Notes: generated from the letters alone by a model not told the origin. DNA of 63,730 nt, filler included, from Reclinomonas americana ATCC 50394 (GCA_048213135.1; 4 parts of one record of this genome joined end to end with filler, not necessarily neighbours in it); one strand, 5' to 3'; numbered from the whole stretch's first letter, positions 37,421 through 50,800 are shown. Numbers and translations: made by a program.

Positions 37421-37990
37421 TCATTGCCAGGCTGCATTCCTTCCGTTGTATGCAAGCGCCAGGCTGCAACTCGTGCTGCGTTGGCAACGCAATCTGTGTA
37501 CGTGCACGTGGAAGGGAACAGAGCGTTATACCAGGCTACTGTCCACATGCGCAGTTTGAGTGAGTAAGTCATTGTCTGGCTGCATTCCTCCCCTGCATCT
37601 ACATTAGCACTCGTGCCAGGCTGCAACCTCTGTGTGTGTGCACGTGGACGGGAGAGGAGCATGTGCAAGCGCTCGTGCAAGACAGCAATCCACGCGTGCA
37701 CTTAGCTGCACGAAAATAGTGCGTCAAAGCCGGGCTGCATTCATCCCACTCCTTTCCCTGCATGCATTCGTGCCAGGCTGCAACTCGAGCTGCACTGGCA
37801 ACACAAACGCATGTACACCTGCAAAGGAAAGAAGCGTGCAAGTGCTCGTGCAAGACTGCCATTGTCAAAGCCGGGCTGCAGCCATCCCACTCCTTTCCCT
37901 GCATGCATTCGTGCCAGGCTGCATTCCCGTGCTGCATTCACAAGACAACCTGTGTGTACGCGCGCGCACGCAAAGAAAGGTCAGGCTGCA
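37421..37990. repeat. Degenerate tandem repeat, about 4 copies of a 140-150 bp unit
   Basis: Recurrent GCCAGGCTGCA(TTCC/ACTC). The block GTCAAAGCCGGGCTGCA..CATCCCACTCCTTTCCCTGCATGCATTCGTGCCAGGCTGCA is near-identical at about 37723 and 37864. Confidence 0.75.
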
Positions 37991-38349
37991 CAATCCACAC
38001 TGCGTTCTGCATGCCAGTTCCCGTGTCTACACTCCACATTCATGTCACCCTCTCCTCCCCTCTCTCCCTCCCTCTCTCTCACCTATATTCTCTCTGTTCT
38101 CGCACCTCTCCCCTCTCTCGCACACACAAGTCAACGCCTACGGTGTGTGTTGTTTCTCTGCCCGCAGGCAGGGTAGGCATGCATGCATGTCGAGAGAGAG
38201 AGAGAGAGAAGCACAAGAAAAAGAGATCCAAAGCAAGAAGAGAACAGCGAGAGAGAACAGACAGAAGAGACGGAAACGAATGCAGTGCACAGTCTGGGCA
38301 CAAATCGCACGAAGCCGCACGCTGAGGAAAGTGGGGGCGGGAGTCCTCC

Positions 38350-38918
38350 TCACTTGGAGGCCGAGTTGGCGGAGACGTACTTGATGGCATCGGCGACCGA
38401 CTGAATCCGTTCCGCGTCAGCGTCAGGAATCTCAATCGCGAACTCGTCCTCAAACGCCATCACGACCTGCGCCGGCGAGTGAGCGAGCGGAAGAGACAGT
38501 GCCAGAGAGCACAAGAGCCGTCAATACCTCCACAGCATCGAGTGAATCCAGACCGAGATCATTCGCAAAGTGGCTTGTCGGTGTCACCTTTGCGGGGTCG
38601 ACCTTGTCAAACTTGCGAACCACCTGCGCAATAACACAAGTAATGAGTGTCAACACGCGCGTGAGAGTGTGCAAGTCGCACACGCACCTCAATCACTCGC
38701 TCCTGCACCTCCTTCGGGTCCAGCCCCGACGCGCCTGCTGGTGCCGCTGCTGATGCAGCACCACCACTGCCAAACGCACGCTGCTGCATCACTCGAGGCA
38801 GTGCCACCGAGGCCATGCCCGTCGCGCCATGCGACGCCGACGACACCATCAGCGTCACTCGCGCAGAGTTGCTCATTGTCAGGCCAGACGAGGCCGCCAA
38901 GCGGTACAGGAAAGACAT
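38350..38918 (-). CDS. NDUFAB1: Mitochondrial acyl carrier protein
   Basis: Presequence plus [62 protein letters not shown], with the DSL phosphopantetheine site. Confidence 0.96.
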
Positions 38919-39043
38919 TCTTTTGCGTGTGGGTGCACGGAGTCTCGCAGGCAGGCGCGGAGTGTGTGATGTGATGTGGGACAGTGGACAGTGCGAGTAA
39001 TGTCCCCGTGCGTTTGCTTGCTTGTTTGCTTGTCGAGAGTGTC

Positions 39044-41419
39044 ATGGCGTTCACGACGCGCTCTGAGCGGTTCAATGCGCAGCAGGTGCACGCGCCTGGT
39101 CCGGGCGCCTATGAGATGCCCAAGGATCATCAAGTGAAGCATGCGTTGCGTCTCACTCCTTCACTCTCTCTGTTAGTGAGAAGACGCAAGAGCAGGAGGA
39201 GCACGAGCAGAAGCAAGACAAGCAGCAGCAACACGAGAAGAAGAAGAAGCGAAAGAACAGAAAGAAGGAAAGGAGAAATCAATCTTCTACTCACTCTCTC
39301 TCTCTCAGTCAGGCACCGTTCACGAGCACCACGCGACGTGGGTTTATGGAGGGCAGCACGTTTACTCCGGGGCCGGGCGCGTACACTCGCGATTTGACGA
39401 TTGACGCGAGTGGGAAGAAGGGCGGAAGTGGCAGTGGTCTGCAGACCTCGGCGGTGTTCTCCTCGGCGGTGCCGCGCGATGTGATCAAGCCGTCGCGGAC
39501 ACCGGGTGCGTGGAGAGAGAGAGAAGTGTGTGAGAGAAAGAGTGGAAGAAGGAGGCTCATGGTTGTTGTGCAGGACCGGGATCGTATGACTTGTCGCAGC
39601 CGTGGGTCGACCCGAAGAAGCCGCACTCGGCGCCGACGGCAAGTGCACAAGGCGGGAGAGCAGGGAGACCAGGCGGTGCAGCGATCAACTGGGTGCAAGG
39701 TCAGCCGCTTGCTCAAGCCATGTCGATCCACACGTGCTCACGTGGCATGCGCGCACAGTGGCCACGGCACCGTCGATTCCTGCACGATCGCAATCGTATG
39801 GCTACGAGGAGGGTGTGGGTGGTGAGCTGGTGATGCAGAAGCCGCCGACGGTGGGGCATGCGGGGCGTGGTGTGGACACGGTGGGACCCGGCGAGTATGA
39901 TACGGCGCACGCGGTGAATGCGGTGAAGCATGCGCGAACGGCGCCTGATTTTTCCAAGACCACCACACGGCCGGATCTGATCAAGACGGCGGGTGTGGCG
40001 ACGCATACACCGGGCCCTGGTGAATACGATCCCAGTAAGGATTTGCGGAAAAACATTTCCGTCAACTATCGTCCGCATGCGGCGTTTGCATCCGGCTCCA
40101 AGCGCACCGACTGGGTGGGACAGAAGAATGCGGTGCGTCTGTGTGATGGCTGGCTGCCTTGCACCTCTCTCTCTCTCGTTGTATCCCTCTCACCACGTCG
40201 CCATGATGATGCTTGCAGCTGCCGGGTCCAGGTGACTACGACTATCAGTCGTCCATTCGCCGCTCGTTTGTGCCGCAACCGTTCCAGAACTTTGGCAGCA
40301 ACTCGGAACGCCTGCCGGGTGCCAGCTCACAAGTGCGCGACATTCCCGGCCCGGGTGCGTACGACCTGCCGACCACCATCAAGATGCCCAAGGACATGGC
40401 GCCTTACGCCGACCTCATTCCGGGCCTGTCGCCACCAAGGGTCAGTCCCCGTCCACATCACCATCTTCGTCGCCCCCACCGCCGTCGCTCAATGTCATTC
40501 TTCTGTTGTCACAGAATCGCCCCGGCTTCGACACTGCTGCGCAGCGTTTTGTTTATCGCCCCAGCGATGCTCCCGGACCTGGACAGTACACGGATGGCAT
40601 GGCGGTTTGTTGCTGTCGGTGTCTCTCGCTGTCTCCTTCCATCCTGCGCTCACCCTTGGCGTGTGCTTGCTGCAGCCTCGCATGTCAATGAGTGCACCGC
40701 GACAGGCGGTGGGTCGCTTTGGCGTGTTCGGGTCGACCACAGCGCGCTTCCGAGGACCTGCAGCTGAGGTGGTGACACAACCGGGACCGGCCTCGTATGA
40801 CCCACCTGTCAAGATCGATCCAGTCACACGGCGACGAAGCGACAAGCGCTCTGCTGTATTCGCGTCACGCTCTCATCGCGACCCGGTTGCCGCCAAGCCA
40901 GATGGTTTGTGTGTTTGTCTCGAGTGCTGAGTTGTCCGGCGCTGTGTGCTGACGCGCGGTGATCGCACAGCGGCCCCACCACCGGGAGCCTACGATCTGC
41001 CGGGCACGTTTGACACCAAGCCGCGCAGGGAACTCACACACAATCACGCATTCGCGGCCTCGGCACCTCGTTTCTCCAAGGACTCGGCAAAGGGTACGCC
41101 GCGACACGACATTTGTCTCCGTCTCGCAGCCATTCTCACTCCCGTGCAGCTGCTGTACCCGGACCGGGCGCATACGAGCCACAACCCATACCCAAGGTCT
41201 CCTCCACCAAGCCCAACACCTTCCTCTCAACAGTTGCGTCCTCCCAGCTGATGTTTCATTGCAACTTGCCTCGCCTAATCGCGTGTCAAAAAAACACAGG
41301 AGGACCGCTTCGCACCACGAGAACGAGAGATGCGCAACCGAGCACCAGTGGCACCCGGCGACTACACACCCGATCGCTCCCTCGTCAAGCGCAGCTTCAA
41401 CGTCACCTTCGAGGCATGA
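39044..41419 (+). CDS. SHIPPO / sperm-tail PG-rich repeat protein (STPG2/ODF3-like)
   Basis: About 12 PGPG(A/E/D)Y repeats alternating with F-S...RF motifs, from MAFTTRSERF to LVKRSFNVTFEA*. Confidence 0.88.
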
Positions 41420-41517
41420 GAGCACACACAGGACATTGTTGTTTAGTTGTCCATCGTCAGCTCGTTGTCATTAAAGCGAGCCAAGAGCGCGCGCGACAGT
41501 GTGTTTCACGCACAAAG

Positions 41518-42677
41518 ATGGACCACCGACGACGCAGGTGGACATGCCCAGACACACACACACTCACTCTGCTTGCACTCACTTGTCCGCCTTCTCTCAC
41601 ACATGCAGCTCTCCTGCTCGCCATCATCACCGCCACGAGTCACGTGCTCTCTCGCCACCTCTCCCGCCTCCTCTCCCGCGCAGTCACGCACACGGGCCCA
41701 GCACACCCGATTTCGACCGTAGACAGCGGCGGTATCCGCATCGTCATCCGCGCTCGCCTTCTCCACCGCGTCACCAGTGCGTTTCCACATAGAGAGCAAG
41801 GGGTCTACATAGTGTCAAACACTCGTCTGTGTGTGTGTGTGTGTGTGCACAGAGGGCGTCCGCGATCGTCGTCGTTGCCCGACGAGTACCGTCATCGACG
41901 CAGTGATGGTCGCTCGTCGACAACACGCAAGTCGCCTTCTGTGAGTGTGTGTGTGCATAGACAGGCAAAGTGCCTGCTTGTTGACTGCACGTGAGCAGGT
42001 CGACGAGGAGATTGCGGAGCGCGTGGCCATGGGCGCGTCGCAAAAGGAGATATTTGCGCTGGTTCGTTGTGTGCTGCTGGTCGAGTGAGTGAGTGAGAGC
42101 TGACGTGTATGCATGCAGCAAATGGAGCGCGAGGGTGCTCGGCGTGAGCAGCGACGGTACCCTGGCGATGGGGCAATGGCGTCGCGAGGCGGTCGGCAAT
42201 ACGGTGGAGGTTCGAAAACAATGCACACACCAGCGACCAAGTGAATGTGTGTTCTTATGCTGCTGCAGAGCGCTTGTCGGGTGGGCGGTTCGACCCGTAC
42301 CGCGGCAGCGCAGAGGGCTCCTCACGTGCGCGATCCGATGCCACCGCCGGCCGCTGGAAACACGACTTGTTCTCGCCCGAGCCGGCGAATGGCGACGGGA
42401 AGTGGCATCGAGGCGGAGGCTTTGGATCGTCGCGTCAGCACCATCGGTCGTCGACAGGCAGTGGCAATGGCCGTCCTGTGCGAGTTGCGTGCTCTTTGTC
42501 GTCGCTCCACTTCCCCTACACACTCAACTTGTCGTGCAGCCGCTGTATCGTTCAATGCTGGGCGGCGATGCGCAGGAACCCGCCGCGGCTCCCGCGGTAA
42601 TCGAAAAAGAGGAAGTAGAAGCAGAGGAAGGAGAAGAGGAAGACATGCAAGCCGAGCTGCTTGGTGACGATGAATGA
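41518..42677 (+). CDS. Hypothetical Arg/Ser-rich protein with an acidic tail
   Basis: Short exons (RSPSPPR, GRWKHDLF, EKEEVEAEEGEEED) bounded by GT-AG introns. The exon chain is only partly resolved. Confidence 0.5.
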
Positions 42678-42737
42678 ATGAAACAGTTGTCGCGAAGTGC
42701 TGCCGGAAACCGCCGGGATTCGCAATTACTTTTACAC

Positions 42738-45700
42738 ATGGTGCGCACGCACATGGAGGCTTTGTCGACAGAGGATTCCTCTGACTGACTCTTCCCCTCT
42801 CTCTTTGCTCACAGTCTGCTGACGACTTCAAAGCACGCGGCAACGAGGCCTTCTCTGCGAAACAGTACGCAGAGGCCGCCGAGCTCTTCTCCAAGGCCAT
42901 TGAGCTCGACAACAGCAACCACGTGTTCTACTCCAATCGCGCTGCCTCGTACCTCAACCTGCACAAGTTGCGTGCTCACAAAAAAAGGGAGTGACGCGTG
43001 TGTGCGTGTTTGCGCATGCACACACGCACGCACACACACTCTTGCACGCACACAGAGAGAGAGGCATCACTCGTGTACTGCACACGCGCATGTAGAGAGT
43101 GTGTGTGAGCAGAGCGCGTGGAGAAGAGAGGCCGGACGATAAGTGATGTCACTCTCTGACGCAATCATCATCATTCAGGTATGAGGAGGCACTTGTGGAT
43201 GCTGATCATGTGACCTCGGTGAAGCCGGATTGGGCGCGCGGATGGCATCGTAAGGCCGATGCGCTGTATGGACTCGGGCGCATTGCGGACGCAAAGGAGG
43301 CGTATGAGCGCGGACTGCAATTGGACCCGGACAACGCTGCGATGCAGACGGGTCTGCGTGACTCACTGGCGCGTCTGTCGAACGGACCGGGACCGGCTGG
43401 CAATCCACTGGCGGAGCTGTCGTCGATCTTCTCCGATCCGAATCTCAAGCAGAGGATTGCGTCAAATCCGCGTCTGGCGCATCTCATGGCGCAGCCGGAC
43501 TTTGTGCGCAAGCTGGAGGACGTGCAGCGCGATCCCTCCAACCTCAAGCAGCACATGTCAGATCAGCGTATTCTGCAGGCGGTGCTCACGTTGATGGCTG
43601 GCGACCAGTTTATGTTTGCCGATGAGCCGCCAATGCCGAATGGTGGCGGTGCGTCGTCGTCGTCGTCCTCGTCGTCCAGTGCTCCTCCCAAGGTTCGTGA
43701 AGTGCACGTTCCTCTGTCGTGCGTTTTGATGCTGAAACGACTGTTGATTAACAGAAGGAGGCGGCCAAGGCGCCGGAACCAGAGCCGGAACCAGAGGACT
43801 TGTCACCCGAGGAATTGGAGAAGCGCGATCGCCGACAGGTGTGTCTCTTGCTCTTATTCTCTCTTCCATTGCTTGGGCTAACCTGGTACTTGTGACGTGC
43901 CAGCGTGCGGAAAGGCTCAAGGAGGACGGCAACGAGCTGTACAAGCAAAAGAGCTTCGAGGCGGCGCTGGCACTCTACCGTGAGGCCGCGGACCTCGACC
44001 CGGAGAATGTCGTGTACCGTCTGAATGCGGCGTCGGCGTACTTTGGCATGGAGGACTACGAGAAATGCATTCTGGAGTGCGAGGAGGCGGTGCAGAAGGG
44101 CCGAAGTGTGCTCGCCGACTTTAAGCTCATTGCCAAGTTGCGCTTATGCTGTTTTTGCAGAGCCTATCGTCATCAGCTCATGGCTTTTCTTTTCCCGCGG
44201 CAGGGCCTACTTCCGCATGGGCAACGCGCTGGCCAAGCTCGGACGCGACGAGGACGCCGTCAAGGCCTACGAGCAGAGTCTGATTGAGCACCGCGATCGC
44301 GAAGTGCTCAACCGCAAGACCGCTGTTGCGTACGCTCATTCTGTTTTGTGCCGGTGTGAGTGGGTGAAGCTCATTTGTATGGAGGTGTGCAGTTGGAGCG
44401 CGACATGCGAAAGAGAAAGGAGGAGGCGTACCAGAACCCGGCATTGAGCATGGAGCACCGCACCAAGGGCAACCAGTTCTTCCAGGAGCAAAAGTACCCC
44501 GAGGTATGCATGCTTCGTTTCATTCATGATCACCCTTGCGAGTGTGGCTCACTTTNNNNNNNNNNNNNNNNNNNNNNNNNNNNNNNNNNNNNNNNNNNNN
44601 NNNNNNNNNNNNNNNNNNNNNNNNNNNNNNNNNNNNNNNNNNNNNNNNNNNNNNNNNNNNNNNNNNNNNNNNNNNNNNNNNNNNNNNNNNNNNNNNNNNN
44701 NNNNNNNNNNNNNNNNNNNNNNNNNNNNNNNNNNNNNNNNNNNNNNNNNNNNNNNNNNNNNNNNNNNNNNNNNNNNNNNNNNNNNNNNNNNNNNNNNNNN
44801 NNNNNNNNNNNNNNNNNNNNNNNNNNNNNNNNNNNNNNNNNNNNNNNNNNNNNNNNNNNNNNNNNNNNNNNNNNNNNNNNNNNNNNNNNNNNNNNNNNNN
44901 NNNNNNNNNNNNNNNNNNNNNNNNNNNNNNNNNNNNNNNNNNNNNNNNNNNNNNNNNNNNNNNNNNNNNNNNNNNNNNNNNNNNNNNNNNNNNNNNNNNN
45001 NNNNNNNNNNNNNNNNNNNNNNNNNNNNNNNNNNNNNNNNNNNNNNNNNNNNNNNNNNNNNNNNNNNNNNNNNNNNNNNNNNNNNNNNNNNNNNNNNNNN
45101 NNNNNNNNNNNNNNNNNNNNNNNNNNNNNNNNNNNNNNNNNNNNNNNNNNNNNNNNNNNNNNNNNNNNNNNNNNNNNNNNNNNNNNNNNNNNNNNNNNNN
45201 NNNNNNNNNNNNNNNNNNNNNNNNNNNNNNNNNNNNNNNNNNNNNNNNNNNNNNNNNNNNNNNNNNNNNNNNNNNNNNNNNNNNNNNNNNNNNNNNNNNN
45301 NNNNNNNNNNNNNNNNNNNNNNNNNNNNNNNNNNNNNNNNNNNNTCCAGTGCCAGCGCAGTCTGGTAGCAGTCCACCGCCTTGTGCCACTCCTTCAGCAG
45401 GAAATGCGCCTGCGCCTTGCGCACGTGCGCGCGGACTGCACAGCGCAGTGAGTACACAACAGAGTACATCTGAGCGGGACCACGCACACACACGAGGGAC
45501 TCACCAAAGTCGGGCTTGAGTTCCAGCGCCTTCTCGCAGTCCTTCAGTGCTCCCGGCAACTCGCCGAGCTTGATCAGGCACGCCGCACGATTGCTGTAGG
45601 GCACATGGTCCGTCGGGTTGCGCTTGATGGCCTCGTTGTACTCGACAATGGCCTGAGCACGGCACCACNNNNNNNNNNNNNNNNNNNNNNNNNNNNNNNN

Positions 45701-46241
45701 NNNNNNNNNNNNNNNNNNNNNNNNNNNNNNNNNNNNNNNNNNNNNNNNNNNNNNNNNNNNNNNNNNNNNNNNNNNNNNNNNNNNNNNNNNNNNNNNNNNN
45801 NNNNNNNNNNNNNNNNNNNNNNNNNNNNNNNNNNNNNNNNNNNNNNNNNNNNNNNNNNNNNNNNNNNNNNNNNNNNNNNNNNNNNNNNNNNNNNNNNNNN
45901 NNGCCTGAAAATGCCGAAGCTCAGGAGGGCTTGGCGCGTGTCTCGACGGCCATTTCGATGAACCAGGGCAAGCCAGATCCCGAGCGCGTGAGGTGTGTGT
46001 ACTTCTTTCCATGTGGGTGTGCGTGGCCGTGTTTGCTGACAAATGTACTCGCAGACGAGCACAGGAGGATCCGGAGATCCAAAACATCCTGACCGACCCC
46101 GCGATGAAGCAGGTGCTGGATCAGATCCAGACCGACCCACAGGCCGCACGCACGCATCTGTCAAACCCCGTGGTCCAGGGACGGTTGCAGAAGCTCATTG
46201 CTGCCGGTGTGCTGAGCATTGGCGGTGGTGGGCGCGAGTGA
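42738..46241 (+). CDS. STI1: Hsp70/Hsp90 organising protein STI1/HOP (TPR1-DP1-TPR2A-TPR2B-DP2); contig 45345-45668 is flipped
   Basis: M|SADDFKARGNEAFSAKQY, NHVFYSNRAA, KPDWARGWHRK, LKEDGNELYKQKSF, RTKGNQFFQEQKYPE, EYNEAIKRNP (on the minus strand), AQEDPEIQNILTDPAMKQVL...LQKLIAAGVL. Confidence 0.96.
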
Positions 46242-46355
46242 GCGGTCTCCCTTTTCCCCCCGTTCTCGCGTTCTCCTTCGTGTGGCTTGTTTTTTCTTCT
46301 CAAGTGTAGATGCAAAAAGAAAGAAAGTATGACGAGACGGAGAGTCCCTCGATTT

Positions 46356-47812
46356 TCAATGTGCATACTTGCTGGCAAACGGCGAGTTGGGTTTCCGCCG
46401 CAGCCGTCGAATCGCCTCGCGAATGTGTGCCGGTTCCAGGGGGCCGACAGCATTCCACCGGCCCTGCACCGCCAGTGCTGCACACGCACACACACACACA
46501 CACACACAAGTGTTGAGCGGCACGATCAAGGACCCACAACGCAGCAAGCACACCGCACCTTCCTCAATCAGCTCGCCCACCAACACCTTAGAGCAGCCGC
46601 CGATAATGGCTAGCACGGTGTTGCTGAGCTTGGACTTGGTGTTCAACGACCCCTGAATCAGCTGCCGCACCGTGCCACGGTCGAACTTGGACTGATAGAA
46701 GCTCTCGTATCGATCCTGCTGCTCCGCGTCCATTAGCGACAACAGACGACTGCGTTCGGTCACCGCCGCCTTGCGCGCCGCCTCGGCCGCCACTCGACTG
46801 GCATCTCCCACTCGCGACGCCTCCTTTCTCATTCGCCGACGACGCACACGCTCTCGCCGCTTCTCCTCCTCGTCCTCGGAGCCGGAGCCAGAGTCCGACC
46901 CTCCCCCACCAGCACCACTGAGCAGCACAGCACAGCACANNNNNNNNNNNNNNNNNNNNNNNNNNNNNNNNNNNNNNNNNNNNNNNNNNNNNNNNNNNNN
47001 NNNNNNNNNNNNNNNNNNNNNNNNNNNNNNNNNNNNNNNNNNNNNNNNNNNNNNNNNNNNNNNNNNNNNNNNNNNNNNNNNNNNNNNNNNNNNNNNNNNN
47101 NNNNNNNNNNNNNNNNNNNNNNNNNNNNNNNNNNNNNNNNNNNNNNNNNNNNNNNNNNNNNNNNNNNNNNNNNNNNNNNNNNNNNNNNNNNNNNNNNNNN
47201 NNNNNNNNNNNNNNNNNNNNNNNNNNNNNNNNNNNNNNNNNNNNNNNNNNNNNNNNNNNNNNNNNNNNNNNNNNNNNNNNNNNNNNNNNNNNNNNNNNNN
47301 NNNNNNNNNNNNNNNNNNNNNNNNNNNNNNNNNNNNNNNNNNNNNNNNNNNNNNNNNNNNNNNNGCAATCAGTCACCTGCAGTGACTGCAATGTGAGTGT
47401 TCACTGACCTTGCGCCTCCTCCTCCTCCTGCGGCTGCTGTTGAGTCGCTCGCCGAGGCCTGTGACGAGCGCGACGGACCAAGCGCACTCGGGAGGAAGTC
47501 GTCCTCTTCATCATCGACACCTCCCGCACCACGACCCTGCGCGCGCGCACACACACACACAGTGGTTCAACAAATGCACGCCCTCTCTCACATATGGAGC
47601 AGGCAAAGCACCTCTTCCTCATCCTCATCCTCATCATCCGCCATCTCATCCTCCTCGTCATCGTAGTCCTCCTCACGAGCAGTGCGCTGTCTCTTGGTCG
47701 CTGGCTCACGCTATATAGAGAGAGTGAGCAGACAATGCACGCACGCGCATGCACAGAGACACACCTCATCGTCTTCGAGCTCAAGCAGGTCGAGTGCACT
47801 GCGCCCGGCCAT
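46356..47812 (-). CDS. TAF11: TFIID subunit TAF11
   Basis: EQQDRYESFYQSKF...IIGGCSKVLVGELIEE-A...GPLEPAHIREAIRRL histone fold. Acidic N-terminal exons lie across the gap. Confidence 0.9.
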
Positions 47813-47859
47813 TTCAAAGACGAAGTGTGACTGCAGGACAGCCTCTCTGTTGTCTCTCA

Positions 47860-50800
47860 ATGAACGCCGATCACACCTTCACGCTTGCCTCTGGTGCTCG
47901 CATGCCGGGCATTGGCTACGGTGCCTTTTGCCTTGCGCACGCACGCACTGTGCACGTTCTCACAATGCGTGCATTGTTGTTGCATTGCAGGCACATGGAA
48001 ATCGCAGACTGGTGGAGAGACAGAGAGTGCAGTGCGGTGTGCACTGGAGAGCGGGTATCGCCACATTGACTGTGTTGCGTGACGAGGAGGCGGAGAAGAG
48101 CGCAATGCAGAAGCGAATCTTTAACAACAGGATCTGCAGGCGCAAATCTACTGCAACGAGCAGGAGGTGGGAGTGGCACTGGAGGAGTTCCTTGGTGGTG
48201 AGAAGGACGGCAAGGTGACTCGTGAACAGGTGTGGATCACTACGAAGCTGTGGAGCACTGTGCGGCGACCGGAGCATGTGCGCGAGGCGGTGTTGGGGTC
48301 GCTCGAGCGCCTGCGTGTCGACTATGTGGATCTGCTGCTCGTGCACTTGTATCCGGCGTTCAGGTGTGTCTCTCTTTCTGTCTCTTGTGGCTGATCTTGC
48401 TCGGCTGCTGACTCTTGACGGGTTGGCAAGATTGCCGACGGGCACCGACCTGGCGCACTGGCCGACTGTCAGCGACATTCACAACCCGGTGCTGTTTCCC
48501 ATGCGGGAGGTGCAGCAAATGTCGACTGCGTCGCGCACATAGCCATCGCGATTCGTTCTCACGTCGAGTGCGTATGCGCAGGATGGCAAGGGCATCGATG
48601 TGGATNNNNNNNNNNNNNNNNNNNNNNNNNNNNNNNNNNNNNNNNNNNNNNNNNNNNNNNNNNNNNNNNNNNNNNNNNNNNNNNNNNNNNNNNNNNNNNN
48701 NNNNNNNNNNNNNNNNNNNNNNNNNNNNNNNNNNNNNNNNNNNNNNNNNNNNNNNNNNNNNNNNNNNNNNNNNNNNNNNNNNNNNNNNNNNNNNNNNNNN
48801 NNNNNNNNNNNNNNNNNNNNNNNNNNNNNNNNNNNNNNNNNNNNNNNNNNNNNNNNNNNNNNNNNNNNNNNNNNNNNNNNNNNNNNNNNNNNNNNNNNNN
48901 NNNNNNNNNNNNNNNNNNNNNNNNNNNNNNNNNNNNNNNNNNNNNNNNNNNNNNNNNNNNNNNNNNNNNNNNNNNNNNNNNNNNNNNNNNNNNNNNNNNN
49001 NNNNNNNNNNNNNNNNNNNNNNNNNNNNNNNNNNNNNNNNNNNNNNNNNNNNNNNNNNNNNNNNNNNNNNNNNNNNNNNNNNNNNNNNNNNNNNNNNNNN
49101 NNNNNNNNNNNNNNNNNNNNNNNNNNNNNNNNNNNNNNNNNNNNNNNNNNNNNNNNNNNNNNNNNNNNNNNNNNNNNNNNNNNNNNNNNNNNNNNNNNNN
49201 NNNNNNNNNNNNNNNNNNNNNNNNNNNNNNNNNNNNNNNNNNNNNNNNNNNNNNNNNNNNNNNNNNNNNNNNNNNNNNNNNNNNNNNNNNNNNNNNNNNN
49301 NNNNNNNNNNNNNNNNNNNNNNNNNNNNNNNNNNNNNNNNNNNNNNNNNNNNNNNNNNNNNNNNNTGCGCGCGTGAGTGACTGCAACAGGAGACAACTGC
49401 GCACAAGCAGTGCACGAACCAGTGGACAGTATGCTGTCACGTGCACGCTGCGCTTCCAGCACTCGTGCAGCAGCTCGTCTTGTCGCCACATGGGATGCAC
49501 CTCAATCTGTGACCATCACCTGATCAGCGTACCGGGCATCATCCATCTCAACAGACGTCGATCGTCGCACCTGGTTGACACACGGGCGCACATTGGCAAA
49601 CGCCAGCACTTCGTCGATGCGCGCAGCATTAAAGTTGCTCACACCCAGGTGCTTGATGCGACCCTCCTCGACCAGCGCTACCCCACAGCAGCAGGTGAGT
49701 CTCAGCAACAAGAACGCACCGCACACAGCCGCCACTCAACTCTCCAGCACGCTCCATGTGTCGCGCAGCGGCACGTCNNNNNNNNNNNNNNNNNNNNNNN
49801 NNNNNNNNNNNNNNNNNNNNNNNNNNNNNNNNNNNNNNNNNNNNNNNNNNNNNNNNNNNNNNNNNNNNNNNNNNNNNNNNNNNNNNNNNNNNNNNNNNNN
49901 NNNNNNNNNNNNNNNNNNNNNNNNNNNNNNNNNNNNNNNNNNNNNNNNNNNNNNNNNNNNNNNNNNNNNNNNNNNNNNNNNNNNNNNNNNNNNNNNNNNN
50001 NNNNNNNNNNNNNNNNNNNNNNNNNNNNNNNNNNNNNNNNNNNNNNNNNNNNNNNNNNNNNNNNNNNNNNNNNNNNNNNNNNNNNNNNNNNNNNNNNNNN
50101 NNNNNNNNNNNNNNNNNNNNNNNNNNNNNNNNNNNNNNNNNNNNNNNNNNNNNNNNNNNNNNNNNNNNNNNNNNNNNNNNNNNNNNNNNNNNNNNNNNNN
50201 NNNNNNNNNNNNNNNNNNNNNNNNNNNNNNNNNNNNNNNNNNNNNNNNNNNNNNNNNNNNNNNNNNNNNNNNNNNNNNNNNNNNNNNNNNNNNNNNNNNN
50301 NNNNNNNNNNNNNNNNNNNNNNNNNNNNNNNNNNNCGGAACAGGGTGGCAGTCCTGACATGAAGTCACGTGTGATGACGCGCTGTTCATGAATTCGCTCA
50401 CCGCTTTGCTAATCGCCACCCGCGCAGACCCAAGGTGGCTCCGAGTCACGTCCTCGACGACTCCATCCTGCTGGAGCTCGCCAAAAAGTACGACACTGGT
50501 CCGGCACAAATTGCTCTGGTGCGTATGTGCCTCCTTTCTTGACATGAGCACGCCACCTGATAATCACACGCATGCATAACAGGCGTGGGGACTGAAGCGT
50601 GGCACCAGCGTGCTTCCCAAGGTGTGTGCATTTCCGCATCTCCGCAAGCTGCCCTGCAGTTCCGTGCCACTCATCGTTGGTGCTCTCGCAGTCGGTGGTA
50701 CCAGGACGTATCGACGCCAATCTGCACGGCACCCTGCAGATCCTCGACAAGGTCACCGACGAAGACATGGACAAGGTGTCGGGGTGTGTTCGGCAACTAC

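Noticed and set aside
37421-37990. CRISPR-like appearance of recurring GCCAGGCTGCA
   Set aside because: The intervening sequences are themselves homologous, spacing is irregular, the context is eukaryotic and there are no cas genes.
45345-45668. Antisense STI1 exons suggesting trans-splicing or gene scrambling
   Set aside because: Inversion boundaries coincide exactly with N gaps in every case; contig mis-orientation is the simpler explanation.
48349-48356. GTATCCGG as a possible U12 donor in the AKR gene
   Set aside because: It lacks the TT at +7/+8, and an ordinary AG|GTGTGT donor 15 nt downstream explains the frame.
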